Part shown: piece by piece, positions 47,320 through 60,436 of the stretch
Layout: every line of letters starts with the position of its first letter
Position numbering within the stretch: the first letter of the stretch is position 1
From: Macrostomum lignano
Lineage: Eukaryota
Reading direction: 5' to 3'
Assembly (NCBI GenBank): GCA_002269645.1
Contig: NIVC01002664.1
Coordinates: 53,473 to 117,472, forward strand
DNA: 64,000 nucleotides
The notes under the pieces: model-generated
What the model was told of the DNA's origin: nothing
Seen by the model: the letters and a program-made list of their open reading frames with translations, nothing else
The model's database searches: none
Translations under genes and position numbers: made by a program

Positions 47320-50300
47320 GCCCACCAAAGCAGTCCCAGCAGAGTCATCATAGTCTTGCTGGACACACAGGACATTCCGGACGCCGATCTGCAAGTCCTG
47401 GCCAGCGGCTTTACAGAATTTCTCTGTCTGAGCGCCAACTGCAGCGGCGACTCGCCAGCCGCCATCTGCCTGATCTGCCTGCGCGGCAATCCCAGCGCTG
47501 CTCTCGCTGTCCTCGAGCTGCAGCCAACTAGTCGAGCTGTTGAGCGCCTCCTTGCTGAAGGCCATCAACTTTTTCAGTTCGAAAATGGCCAAATCACCGC
47601 TGCTGGCGCTGGGGAAGCCTCTGAGATTGACGTGGCTTTGGCGATAGCCGAACAGCAGGTCAAGTTAGCGTTGTTACCTCCGTCAGACTCCGCAGAGCTG
47701 TGCCTATTGACGCGTCGAAGCGCCACCATTCTGAGGCTGCGCCGCAGTTTCAGCTCCAACTGTTCACAGTTTCTTAGTCTGCTGCGGCACTGTCGCAAAA
47801 TTCGACTGCTACACTTGCCAGGCTATGCGGCGCCGAAGAGAGTGCCATCAACCACGGCCGAGTCCAGTGAAAATGAGGCAGCGGAGCAAAAGTTTGACCA
47901 GCTTGTCGAAGTGACAACGGTGCGTCGAGCCGATCCGGAGCTGTTCCTGGCGCTGCGAGCTTGGCTATTACCGCCGTCAGCCACGAGTTCGGTGCGATCT
48001 CGAAGTTTATGCACACTTCCTTGAGTCAAAATTAAATGCAGATGTGGCTGTTCCTGCATTATTTCTTAATTAAAAGTCAGACTATGCATTTGCAGCCGTG
48101 GTCCTTGCGGTTTAAGCTAATGGAATAAAGGCAGGAAACTTGTGGTAAAAAACTGAATAAACGTAGAAATGAGCATGCAATAGTTATTACAATTACTTTC
48201 CTTAAAATGGTGCAGATTTAGTTAGGCGTCGACTGCTTTTGTACAGTGTTATGGGCATCGGCATCGACTACCTGTAGCAGTTTTACGTATTCCCCAACTT
48301 TACCTCTTATTCCCAAGTTAGAATTTGGCTTCAAGACTAAAACCAACTTGGAAACCAACAACGGGTTTTTTCCCGGAGCTCAATTGGTTTTTTGTTTTAT
48401 ATGCAGTATGAGCGCTTCAGCCCCTAAGCCAGGGCAATTACGCTAATATTTATATTTGTTGTTCGATGTTAGTTACCCTAATGCTTTCCGCCTAGTAGTA
48501 ACAGTAATAAGTAATTCAGCGCCTCAGCCACTGATCAGGCTCTTACGCCACTAGATAAATATGAATTCCAGGTTGGGAGTGTACTTATGTACACTGAGAT
48601 CCTAATTGGAGCTAAGAGGACTGTACAAAGGGCAAATGACAGATCAAAAACCTCCCCGACAGTGACAGCGGAACGACATACCAGTCAGGAAGCCCGTGCC
48701 CAAAAATCCAGGTTAGATAGACCCCATGCCTATTAGGGTTGGCCCGAAGGCCGAGGGCCGTGGCTACCATGCTGGGGCCGACCACCCACCACCCCCGGGT
48801 ACTCAAGCCAAACGTACATAAACCTCCCCGGGGCCAGAGGGGGTTGAGTGAACCAATCAGGGAAGCCCGTGCCTTCTCCGGGTTAGAAAAGCCAAAAAAC
48901 CGGTCATATGACCGCCCCCACGGCCGTGGCAACCCTCGAGGAGCCTCCCCCCAACTAGACCCCGGGTACTCTTGCCAAGGCAGTCTCTTATCTTTGAAGC
49001 GGCAGGAGGGCTAATCGCCGGGACTATTTCACCTTTTGCTTCGCCAACCCACCATTTCTATAGTGACCGTGCCAACGGTCTCGTCCTGCTCAGACTCAGT
49101 CCTGGTTCTGGCACACTCCAGCTTTAATAGGGTCGCTGGCTGTACGCTCAGAGGGCACTCCGAGGGGGACCGTCAGAGCACCAACTGATACAGGTATAGG
49201 TCTGCTTCCTCTACAGCTACCCACAGCCCAACCCAGCCTACTCACTCATTACAAGCTTTCAGCCAGGCAGAGACAAGTTTCACAGGGGTACTGCGGTTAG
49301 GCGCCTCTATGCGAGACATAACCACCCTAATGCTTTCCGCCTAACTAACTAACTAAGATAAGTGCTCCGGCGCCTCAGCCATTGAAATAGGCTCTTACGC
49401 CACTAGACTAAATGAGTTTCCTATTAGGGAGTGTACTAATGTACACCAAAAGCCAAGTTAGACTATAGAGGACTGTACAGGGCAGTATCAAAAAAACCAA
49501 ACCTCCCCGGGGGACAGTGACAGCGGAACGACATACCAGTCAGGAAGCCCGTGCCCAAAAACCAGGTTAGATAGACACCCAAGCCTATTAGGGGTGGCCC
49601 GAAGGCCTAGAGCCGTGGCTACCATGCTGGGGCCGACCGCCCACCACCCCCGGGTACAAATCATAAACCTCCCCGAGGCTAGAGGGAGAAGAGTGAACCA
49701 TTCAGGGGAGCCCGTGCCTTCTCCTGGGTTAGATAGGCCAAAAACACCGGTCATAAGACCGCCCCCACGGCCGTGGCAACCCGAAGGAGCCTCCCCCCCT
49801 ACTAAACCCCGGGTACTCTTGCCAACAGACAGTCTCTTATCTTTGAAGCGGCAGGAGGGCTAATCGCCGGGACTATTTCACCCTTTGCTTCGCCAACCCG
49901 CCATTTCTATAGTGACCGTGCCAACGGTCTCGTCCTGCTCAGACTCAGTCCTGGTTCTGGCACACTCCAGCTTTAATAGGGTCGCTGGCTGTACGCTCAG
50001 AGGGCGCCTGAGGGATACCGTCAGAGCACCTTGGTACAGGTATAGGCCTGCCTTCCTATACAGCTACCCACAGCCCCTCCCGATCCACTATTACCCTCCA
50101 ACCCAGCCTACTCACTCATTACAAGCTTTCAGCCAGGCAGAGACAAGTTTCACAGAAGTGACTGCGGTTAGGCGTCTCTATGCGAGACAAAACCATGCTT
50201 TCCGCCTAACTGCTGGATACTTATACTTATAAGGAAGTCCAGAATTCACGATCTAACCCCACCATAATTATTTTCCCTGGCTAGAACTACTGATAGTAGC

Positions 50301-51344
50301 GTAAAAGCATATCTGCCCTACTACACATTGATGCTATTCGTTTGTTAATCAAAATTAACAGGAGCGGCCTAGCAACCGTCTAATATTCCCTAGTAACGGC
50401 TTTGAAAAAGAACGCTTTCTAAATTTCCGCCTATCAGAAGTGGTGCTAAACCCCGGCCTGCTCTCCGAACCAGCTGTGCTGGACGCGTTCCAGCCCCTGT
50501 TCGGTCCGCCCACCAGGCTTAGCCGACTGGTATCCAGCACCACTGAGCTAGAAGCTAGCAATGAAGTTCACCTGGAAGCCTGCGGCTTGGCCAGCCTTAC
50601 ACGTCTATCGCCAGCTCATTTATTTGGCTGGCCGGTACTGCTTCGGCCAGTTGCTGCCGAGAATGAATCCGTTGCCAAATTTTGCAGTCTCGTAAAGCTG
50701 CTGCGTCAGCGAGGTCTCGTTCTTCTTGTTAGGTAAATGTTAGATACTTCTTGTTAGATACTTTAATCGATCCGCACCGATAGAGTCTAGCAGAAAGTAC
50801 ACGCTTGTAGAACCTTTCTGTACATATCAGTTGAGCCAAAATGCATTTGTTTCATGCTTCATGCTGGCACATCGCGATTTTCAGACGCCAACGTCGTCGC
50901 CCTGGTAAGCATCAGCAACTGGCAGCGAATGCGGGTACATCAACTGGTGCAACAAACATACAAGGCGACGACGCGACTCCATCTGCTTCCACTCCAACCG
51001 GCCCGGCTGCCTACTTTGCCCTGGGTCCGACGGAGCACCTCGCTGATGCGTTGGTTGCCAGGGGCTACGCCTGCGACGACCTTCTGTTGCCAGTGAACGT
51101 AACGGCTGCTGCTGAGTCAGGCGAAAATACCGCACCGGATACCGGCTCCTCGGTAGATGACGGGCACGCTGCTGCCGGGCCTGTTTTTGCGCCGGGTGAT
51201 GAAGCTGACGCCAAGGTGTTTGCCGCGCTCAACGCTATTGACAGCTTGGAACAATGGACGCCGCATGATCTGGCCTGCCATTGGGGCCAATATCTGGCTG
51301 GCAGGGCTGTTGCCGCCGCGGCTCGGGCAGGCAGGGAGAAATAA
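47320..51344 (+). CDS. M1AP: M1AP (meiosis 1 arrest protein)-like; exons about 47320-48000 (3' donor unresolved), 50438-50732, 50885-51344; 5' end not found
   Basis: Matches recalled human M1AP segments: FGWPVLLRP vs YGLPFILRP; FCSLVKLLRQRGLVLLVR vs FHALCHSLLKREWLLLAK; YFALGP..LVARGYACDDLLLP vs FYVIMP..LVKAVATRELMLP; LRAWL vs FKAWL. The phase-2 intron 50733-50884 joins in frame. Confidence 0.75.
48481..50209. repeat. Head-to-tail dimer of an about 850-bp element (48481-49329, 49330-50194) closed by a third ATGCTTTCCGCCTA, inside the M1AP intron
   Basis: The two units align along their length with scattered substitutions. The terminal motif recurs at 48481, 49330 and 50195. Confidence 0.9.
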
Positions 51345-51926
51345 CGTACTTGCTAAACTGGGTTTTGATATTTTGTTTGCTATTCCTATCAGCGTTGAAA
51401 ATAGCGCTTATTAATCTGTTTAACTATTTATTTGTTTGAAATTGAAAAAAAAAATTCGTTAGGTTTCGTTTGTTATTTTCACGACTATCAACCACTCAAT
51501 ATATTTTTTCTTTCAAATCATTCTTGATTTTTTAAATTCTCTAACCGAATTAAATTGTTTGCTCAGAATTCAGTTATTTAAACATTGAAATATTTGCATT
51601 CTATTACTGAAAAGTAGTATTTAGTAAGGCCACGTTGAATAAAATTGTCTAATAATAGTGTACGTCCGTAGTATTAGATTCAAAATAAAAACAAGGAACC
51701 AGTCACCAACACAAATTCAGACCGTCAGCATTGAAAATAGGAGTAAAGTCTTCCACCAATGGGAGTAATTTAGGTATATTGATACATTAAAAAATAGTTC
51801 ACCGGCCTCCTTTCCACTGGGAGTTACTGTCTTCATTACTTTGGGCAACTGAAAGACAATACATTTAGGTGTTTGTAAGTATGAAATGAATTTCATTAAA
51901 TTTAAGAAAAATTAACAAAAATAATT

Positions 51927-54900
51927 TCAGACGCAACCGCCCAGCTTACATTCGCAGTCAACAGCAACATTGTTGCCTTTGCATCGGCAGCTGTAGGCGA
52001 CGCCTCTCGACATGATCTGGTAGTAATCCCCAGCCTTTATCCAATTGCCGTGCTTGTCCTTACAGCCAGACGTATTCGAGTCTTCCTCCGTCGCTTCCGG
52101 TTGGCACTGGGTGTACTGCGGACCTTTAGCGCATACACAGATCCAAACTTTGCCGGCGTATAGCACTGTCACGGTGTCCCCGTAGTCAATGTACCTCCCA
52201 CTACGATGATCCTTGCACTTATCCCGATTCACGTAGTCCTCCTCCGTCATGCAGTTGCCATAGTTGTTTGTGCCCTGGCACACGCAAATGTAGGTTTTGC
52301 CATCGGCTGTTCTCGCCACATTTTGTCCTTGAGATACGTATGTGCCATTGTCGTCCTTACACTTGCCTCTGTTTTTATGCTCTCCTCCGTCACGCATCCT
52401 CTATACTGATCGGTGCCAATACATTCGCAGACAAATACAGCACTTTTCTGATCGCACCGTATTCGTACGTTGTCCCCTTTACTAATGAATTCCCCGCTAA
52501 CCACGTCCTTGCACTGGTCCTGATGCATTAAGGACTCCTCTGTTACACAATCACTGTAGCCCATTTGGCCTTTGCAGACGCACACGTATACCAAGTGCTC
52601 AACATTGACCTTTACTTTCTGTCCCTTGTCGACATAGATACCATCGCTGCCCTTGCACCTCTCACGATTAGCGTAAGTCTCTTCAGTCATGCACTTGCCG
52701 TACTGATTGTGACCTTCGCATAAGCAGATGTACGCCTTGCCTCCATGCTCAACACGGACGGTTTGTCCCGGTGCAGCATAGCTGCCGTCACTTGCTCGGC
52801 ATTTGCCTTGGTTTTCAAAAGCCTCTTTGGTGACACAGTCGGCGTACCTGTTTGTTCCTTTGCAACGACAAACGTAGATTTGATTATTGTACCGGTAATT
52901 TACTCGATCATCCTCTTCAACGTAGCTACCATCGATATCTCTGCATTTGTTCTTATTTCTCCAGACCTCCTCTTGCATGCACTGAACAAATTTGTTTGTA
53001 CCGTTGCAAATGCATACATAGGTGTACTGGTCTTGCTTCACGACAACAGGCTCTCCCGCGTCCACGTACGACTCATTGTAACCTTTACAACGGCCATTGT
53101 TTTCAAATGCCTCTAATGTTTGGCAGTTCTTATAAGCATTATTGCCTCCGCAATTGCAAACGTAAATTTGATTTTCGCGCTCAATTGAAACTTTTTCACC
53201 TTTTCCAACGTAGTTACCATGAAGGTCACGGCACTTGTCCCTATTGTGATAAGTCTCGTTTGTCACACAATTCCTGACTCCGTCGCTACCGTTGCAAATG
53301 CAAACAAATACGTCTGCTCCGGACTTAACAACTACCATTTGACCTTCCTCGACGTAGTTTTCATCCATGCCACGGCACTTGTGTCTGTTGTTGTACTGCG
53401 TCTCGGTCATGCAGTCCAGGTACCTATTTGTGCCGCCGCAGTTGCATACATACAAAGTCTCAGAGACGATGTGCCGAACAAGCTGGCCCTGCGGAACAAA
53501 CGTGCCGTTTTTATCTTTGCATTTGCCTTGGTTTTTAACGCTCAACTCCGTCACGCAGTTTCGGTACTGATTAGAGCCGGCGCATTCGCATATGAAGATA
53601 ATACTTTGTTTCTCGCACCGGACCCGCACTTTCTCACCTCGTTTTGAATAGTTCTTACTAACAGCATCCTTGCACTGGTCCTTATGTAGCAGCGATTCTT
53701 CACTCACACAGTCGCTATAACCCATTGCTCCCTTGCAGGTGCACACGTATGATTCCTGCTCTACTTCAACCTTTACCTTCTCATCCAGAAGTACATATTC
53801 ACCATCGCTACCAATGCAATTTTCTCTGTTCTCAAATTGATCTTCAGTGACGCATTGTTTGTAGAGATTCTCACCTTCGCAATCGCAAACGTAGCGCCTT
53901 TTTCCGTGACGTATTCGGACCTTCTTTCCAGGTTCTACGTAATCTCCATCACGATCGCGGCACTTTCCGCGATTATTGAAGACGTCCTGTGGAACGCAGT
54001 TAGCATACTTATTTGTTCCTTTGCAGTGGCAAACATAAATTTTGGCCCCTACTTGATGCTTGACGAGTTCATCTTCGCTAACATAAATTCCATCTATGTC
54101 TTTGCACTTATTTTGGTTGTTCCATGTCTCCTCGAGCATACATTGAATGTAATTATTCGTGCCATTGCAGATACACACAAAAATATAATTATCATGTTTT
54201 ACAGCTACAGGCTCGCCAATATCTGTGTAAGATCCGTTGTGTCCTTTGCAACGGCCAGCGTTTTGAAATGCCTCTATTGTCTTACAGTTTTTGTAAGTGT
54301 TATTGCCGATGCAATCGCAGACATAGATGATTTCATTCTGCTCAATAGAGATCTTCTCGCCTTTTGGAAGGAAGTTTCCCTCCAGGTCCTTGCACATGCC
54401 TCGATGGTAGTAAGTTTCGTTGCTCATGCACTCGGCGATGCCTTTACTACCGTGGCACTGGCAAATGTAGACTTCGGTACCTGACAACACTCGGACTGCT
54501 TCACCTCGGCCGACATACTTGCCGTCGACATCTCGACATCGGTCGCGATTCAAATATGCATCTTTTGATACACAATCTTTGTACTTGTTTGTCCCGTTGC
54601 ACTCGCAAACGTAGATGGTTCCTGACACCTTGTATTCTACAACCTCGCCTATTTCAACGTAGGAACCGTTAGCACTCTGACATCTGTTGATATTGTCGAA
54701 TATTTCTTTAGTCAAGCAGTTTTTATATCCTTGGCTGCCCATGCACTCACAGTAAAAAGTTGTATTTGTGGAGCTTTTAATTACCACAATCTGTCCCGCC
54801 TCTACGTAAGTATCGTTGTAGTTCTTGCATTTATCAGCGTTGACGATCGCGTTGTAGTCCTTGCATTGCTGGTACCTGTTGGTTCCAATGCATTTACACT

Positions 54901-56825
54901 GATACAGGATGCTGTGGTGAAACACCACGACTTCTTTGCCTCTGTCAACATACTGCCCGTTTACGTCCTTGCACTTGCCCTTGTTCATGTAAGCCTCCTC
55001 TGTCAAGCAGTTCTTGTAGCCTGCCGCTCCAGCGCAGTGGCAAACGTAGCTTATACCCTCGCTGACTATTCGTACTTTGCGGCCCTTGGATACAAATTTT
55101 CCATCGGCACCTTTGCATTGATTTCGCGTGCTATAATCCTGCTCTGACTGGCAGTCCGAATAACCTGACGAGCCTTTACAGGTGCAAACAATCACGTTCT
55201 CGTTGTTGAGAATACGCACCAGTCGGCCGCGCTTAACATAGCCACCGCTAAGATCGATGCAGTCATCTCTGTGCGAAAAAGCCTGCTCCGTTAGGCAGCC
55301 CTCGTGTGTGTTCGTACCAGTGCAGTGGCAGACGAACACAGCACCGCCGCGAAGAATCCGAACGTAGCCGCCAGCCTTAACCAACCGGCCATGGTAGTCT
55401 TGGCAGCGGCCCCGGTACTTGTTCGCGTCCTCGTCTGCTAGGCGACATCCGGCGTGCTTGTTGGTACCGTTGCACCGACAGATGTAATCATCGCCTTGAA
55501 ATTCGATCCGTAATTCGCTGCCCTTGGTAACCCACTGGTGGTCCTTGCCCTGGCACATATCCTGATGGTCGTACTCGGCCTGGGTCATGCAGTCAGAGTA
55601 ACCGGAACTGCCGCGACAAGTGCAAATTAGAAATTCACCATTTTCACTTTGCGTAACAACCCGGTGACCAGACTGGATGTAATGCCCATTGACGTCCAGG
55701 CATTTGTCAGCGTTACGAATCGACTCCAAAGTCGAACAGTTGCAATAATCCATGCGGCCGCCGCAGGTGCACTCAAACAATGTGCCGCTAAGCGACACGG
55801 TGACTCGCTCGCCGACGCTTTTGTACGTGCCGTCAACGTCCAGACATCGCTCTAGTGGGTACAGGACAGAAGTGATCATTAACGGACTCCATAACTCCGA
55901 AAGCGAAAAGGACATTGCTAGCAATTTTAAAGTTATGATATTTCGGAGTTGTGATTTTTCGGGTTTGTGATGCCCCCCTTCCCCAAAAAATTCTTACTGA
56001 TGTTTGTAAAGACTAAAAAGCAAGTCATAGTTTGAAAATACCCTGGGAAGAAGTCAAGCAGAATACTTCCGCTGCAGTGAGCGAGACAACTAGGCAAGGA
56101 ATACAGCCATTGAATTCTAATTGTGGTTCTACTTGATCACGGCAAAGATGCAATAAAGCGATGAGAAGAATGATTCCAGAGTTTGAAATCCGAATTCTTC
56201 TTGCAAAGCTTGTTCGACTTCGACTTTGATGTCAGATGATAGTCTAGAGGCTAATTGTTGAAGCAGACAGAGTGGAAGCTGCAACGAGCTTTTATGATAA
56301 CCCATAAGAGCTTAGAAGATACGGTACAGCTTAAAAGAGTGCTACTCACTGATAGTGCACTCAGTTCCGACAAGACTCTTGCCGTCTATCTCTCTCCGAC
56401 AGATGCACTCGTGAACTCCTCGCGTTGTGTTCATTTCGTAGCGCGCATTCTCGTCCACGCATGTGCCCAGCGGATGCAGACAGCCCTCTATGGATGAGGT
56501 TTAGTGAATAGAATTAGAGCAGTTCATAGGTAGAGCAGTTTTTAGTGAGCAGTTCATAGGTAGAGCATAGGTAGAGCAGTGAGCAGTTCATAGGTAGATA
56601 CATGAAGATAATTCGTAGATACTCACTCGGCACACTCTTGCACATCTGCTGCAGGTTGGGATCGCAGACGCAGGTAATCTCGTGGCAGCCTTGAAGATAC
56701 GTGTACGTGTCATTAACAGGAATCTGCACCCCGTCGAATGTGCAACGAATCGATGCGCCGTAAGATGAACCAGCCGTTAGGCAGATCAGGCCAATACAGA
56801 AGCTGACCGCCGCAGCTAACGCCAT
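51927..56825 (-). CDS. Secreted protein with about 28 tandem 4-Cys FN1/VWC-like modules, about 1,374 aa; exons 56825-56627 and 55851-51927 with a 1-nt frameshift at 52372-52376
   Basis: Signal peptide MALAAAVSFCIGLICLTAGSSYG. Phase-1 intron (A/GTGAGT...CCACTAG/AG). Repeat C-x-D-x2-G-x-Y-V-x2-G-E-x-V...Y-x-C-x-C-x-G-x3-Y-x2-C. The ORFs at 52247 and 51927 join if the T5 run is T6. Confidence 0.85.
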
Positions 56826-58899
56826 TCGGGGCTTGAACTTGCTGAGAGCTCTGTTGATCGGTGCGAATTTTTTTTAATTTTGATCTTAAAAGTTAAACAT
56901 CGTCGAGCACTTCAACTGTGATCGTGAAGCTATTGCTGTCAGTCTTTTAAATTATAGAATTTTTGAGTAATTTACCGTCAGGAGTGAGAGAAAGAGTTGC
57001 TTCAAGATGCCCAGAGCTCCTGAAGCTAAGTTAAGTAAGTTAAAGAAATATTCAGAAGGATATTGGGTCATTTTGGGCCCACTGATCGAAGCGAATTTCG
57101 ACCCCCGCTACCAGCGAGGAGCCAAGCAACAACGTCTCCATTTTGCGTGGCATGGACGGCTGAATTAGGAGGACGCAAAACTTGATTTTCTTAGACATCA
57201 GCTCAAAGTCGGCAAGGAATCTATATTTTTAGCATTGCTATGTGCATTTAGTATTGCTGTTGTCAGTCAGCCAAGTTTATAGAGAATTCCCATTCGGCAG
57301 CACGAGCGTAGTAGATTTGGTCTTGCCCATATAGACATACGTGTAGACGGAAAAGGCAAGCAAGTTCAGAATTGGCCATAGACATCAGTACAAAGAAGGA
57401 TGCCAGCAGCAGCCTCTCAGAATGGGTGAATGCCACAGACAAGAGGCTAATTTCTTATTCTGGTTGATTTAACAAGCTGCACTTCTGCAACAAGTGGCAC
57501 TAGTGCAGTTTCGTTCGCGAAATTATTTTTCATTTGAATTCGCGCCAGTGCCGAGGATTTGAATTGATGATTTGTGTGATAAATACGTGGCAAAGAAGTC
57601 TACCTTTTGAGTTATCTATGGCCCAAAACTGCACTATAGTGCCCAACAAGTTAACACGTTAAAATCGATATACAAAAATTTAACAAGCTATGAAGGACTG
57701 CATCTGCAGCAGTCAGTGCAATTACATTTCAAACAATTAACGATGACGCAGTTGGTGACCATCATTGGTACTCTTCGTTAAATTTGCACGCCATGCTTCA
57801 GGCAACTGCTGCTGATGCTGCTACTGCTCTCTCGCTCTTTCACTGCTTGCTGCATCCTCTTGTCTGTGGCATTCACCCAGTCTTACAGTGGCGATTTCAG
57901 CCAGTTCTGACTGCTGTTGTTCATGAACGGACGCACGAATTGAAATAAGAACTGCAGGAAACAAAACTTATGAATGTTGACTATCAGCACGTGCAGTTTC
58001 TAGGAAACAGGAGCAGACAGTTTTGCACAGTATTTGCACAGTTTTTCTCACGAAAAACCGAATTTGTCTATGGCAAAACCCCATTCAGCGCTAAAATAGT
58101 ATAGCGATACGATAAATGTACGTTTACTCTGGCTCATTTCTGAGAAAACCGAGTGTAAGCGTCTTTTAATTTCAGTTGTCTGTTGACTCGCGCACCCACT
58201 ATCAACTATCCAGTTGAAGCATAGCAAACAAGTGTATACGAGCGTATGTAATGGCTTACCGGATCTCCGAATGTTATTCAGAAACTAAAGAATAAACTAT
58301 CAAATCCACCTTTCTGCTAGATAAATTCAATCGAATTTACTCGAAAGATCGTCTTTATTTAGCTGAAAAATGTTTATCAAATATGCATTTCGCGCTCTCT
58401 GCTTTGAGAGAAGAAGTTAATTTCTGTCAGCACAGTCAATTCTGCAATCATTTTATTGACTAACGGATTAAGGCAGCACCTGGTCTGCGCTGGGCCGGAT
58501 TGAGATAATCCTAGCAGTTTTCCGCGACGCAACTGCTTAGAAACGGACTCTCGTCCTGATCCCTGACAAAGATCTGGAATTTGGCATACAGTATATACCT
58601 CGCATATACCTCGCAATGAGAAAAACAGAACTATATGCGCTGTATATGTACGGAGCAGTCTGGAATTTTGCTACTTTTTTATCACAGAGCTCTTTTCATA
58701 AGGCAAGAATGGCTTCGAAAATTACCCGCATCTTTACTGAACTTGCTTAGTCCATTTGAGTAGCAGAAAAAACTGTCTTTTGATAAATCATTTCTAGTTA
58801 ATTCAAAATGCATTAATGATTCTGTGGACTTCCTTGCCACAATGCGAGCTGGTGCGATCAAAGACTCAAATATAACGGCAATGAATATAAATTTAGCCC

Positions 58900-59450
58900 G
58901 CGGGAACTAATTACTTTTAAACTCTGGTTTGTTTAAAACACAGGCCTTGCTCTGGTTGCAATGATTAACTGGCTGAGACAAAGGAAGCCTAGCGTTGACT
59001 GAAGCACTCTCAACTAAAATTAGACCTCCAAGATACTTGATTCGGTGACAGGAAGTTTTAAGCCCATCCAACTTATCTGTTCCATGCGCTTTTATCAACT
59101 CAAGTTTTCCGCTGAGGGGGAGTTCACCTTGATTGCATCAATCTGCACGGCTCAAAAGATTGGGTAAAAAATCATGAATAAATTCCCAATACTCTGTCTC
59201 TCTATCTTGCTTTAAATAGAATTCCAAGAACTTTTAGTTTATCTCTTGTACTTATTTTCTGCCAATTCTGCTGAAACACAATGGACAGTAAGGAAGTCAA
59301 AGACTCATCTCACCAGATCGTGTCGGTCTCTGATCTAAGCCTGACAATGGAACAATAGAGAAAGTCAGGCTTGGTTCGGACAAAGTTGACAGGAAATTTG
59401 CAGGAAATCAGGAAATCTTCCGGATATTGCTGGTGACTTTTATTAGAAAA
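58900..59450 (-). mobile_element. Possible degenerate LINE reverse-transcriptase fragment
   Basis: IKYLGGLI..SVNARL and an upstream KLKVLGI-like stretch resemble non-LTR RT C-terminal motifs; the frames are broken. Confidence 0.4.
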
Positions 59451-60157
59451 GAAATACATGTATGAATTAGCAGGCAGGAATGAAAGTGATTGAGAGGAAT
59501 GAAGACGTCATCATTTTTCTGCGTTTGGAGTCTGGCTTGCTGGATACAATTACGGAATTTTAAAATGAGTTGCGGGAAAACTGAATTTTCTTTGTATTTC
59601 TTCCTAATTCGGAAACTTTTTCCGAAAGTGTGCATTTCCATCAAAGAGAAATCGAAACTCTACAAACCAGGAGCGTCGCCATGGATTTTGTGGTGGGGGG
59701 ACAAGGCCAAGAATTCTGCATGACTAAATTTCTACAATATTTTGAGAATCGTAGTTGTTAGCACTCATTTTGGCGCCGCAGGCACTCATTTTAGAGCCGC
59801 AGGCTCTCATTTTAGCGCCGCAGGCTGGATCAATCTTCCAGCTAAATTTTAAATTCGGAAGTTGAGAGGGATACGCTTCCATTGCCAGTTGAATGCTAAA
59901 ATGGGTAGATTCCCCTATCAGCTCGACTGGTCTCTAGTCAAAGCCGCTCTGCCAGTGTATCGCGTCCTATGCTACTCGATCTGTCCATAGTTCAAGCCGC
60001 CGCCATTGGTCCTGAGGTGGAAACTCGCCAAGCCTCTCCCAGCATAAATAGAGCCACGTAGGCCCCAGTCGCTACAGTCCAAAGTCGCCGATCATTGCTA
60101 ATCGAAACGGAAGCTCAATCGCAACGCAATAAAACCAGACAATCTTGTCAATAGAAG

Positions 60158-60436
60158 ATGCAGGCTCGCAACTGTCTGATCATCCTTGCCGCTCTGTGCG
60201 CTCTCGGCGCCGCCGCCGCTTCGACCAAACGGAGCGCCTTCGGCGCCGACCCGTTCGGGATGGACTCGCCACCGCATCCCAGGTCTGTCGGAGGAGCGCC
60301 CGAGCGACCCTCGGCCGCGCTAATGTACCAGAAGCTTATCTGGCTGATGAACAACGAGCACTGCATCCAGCTGAGGCCCGGCTGCCAGCCGCTCGTCCCG
60401 GAGAGCGAGATGCACGGGGGTTACGTGCAGCCATGA
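60158..60436 (+). CDS. Small secreted peptide precursor, 92 aa, single exon
   Basis: Signal peptide MQARNCLIILAALCALGAAAA, KR site, one Cys pair (CIQLRPGC), GC-rich codons, TATA-like CATAAATA near 60043. Confidence 0.7.
   Translation: MQARNCLIILAALCALGAAAASTKRSAFGADPFGMDSPPHPRSVGGAPERPSAALMYQKLIWLMNNEHCIQLRPGCQPLVPESEMHGGYVQP

Noticed and set aside
52372-52380. Programmed -1 ribosomal frameshift
   Set aside because: ATA AAA ACA does not fit the X XXY YYZ slippery pattern in frame; a homopolymer indel is simpler.
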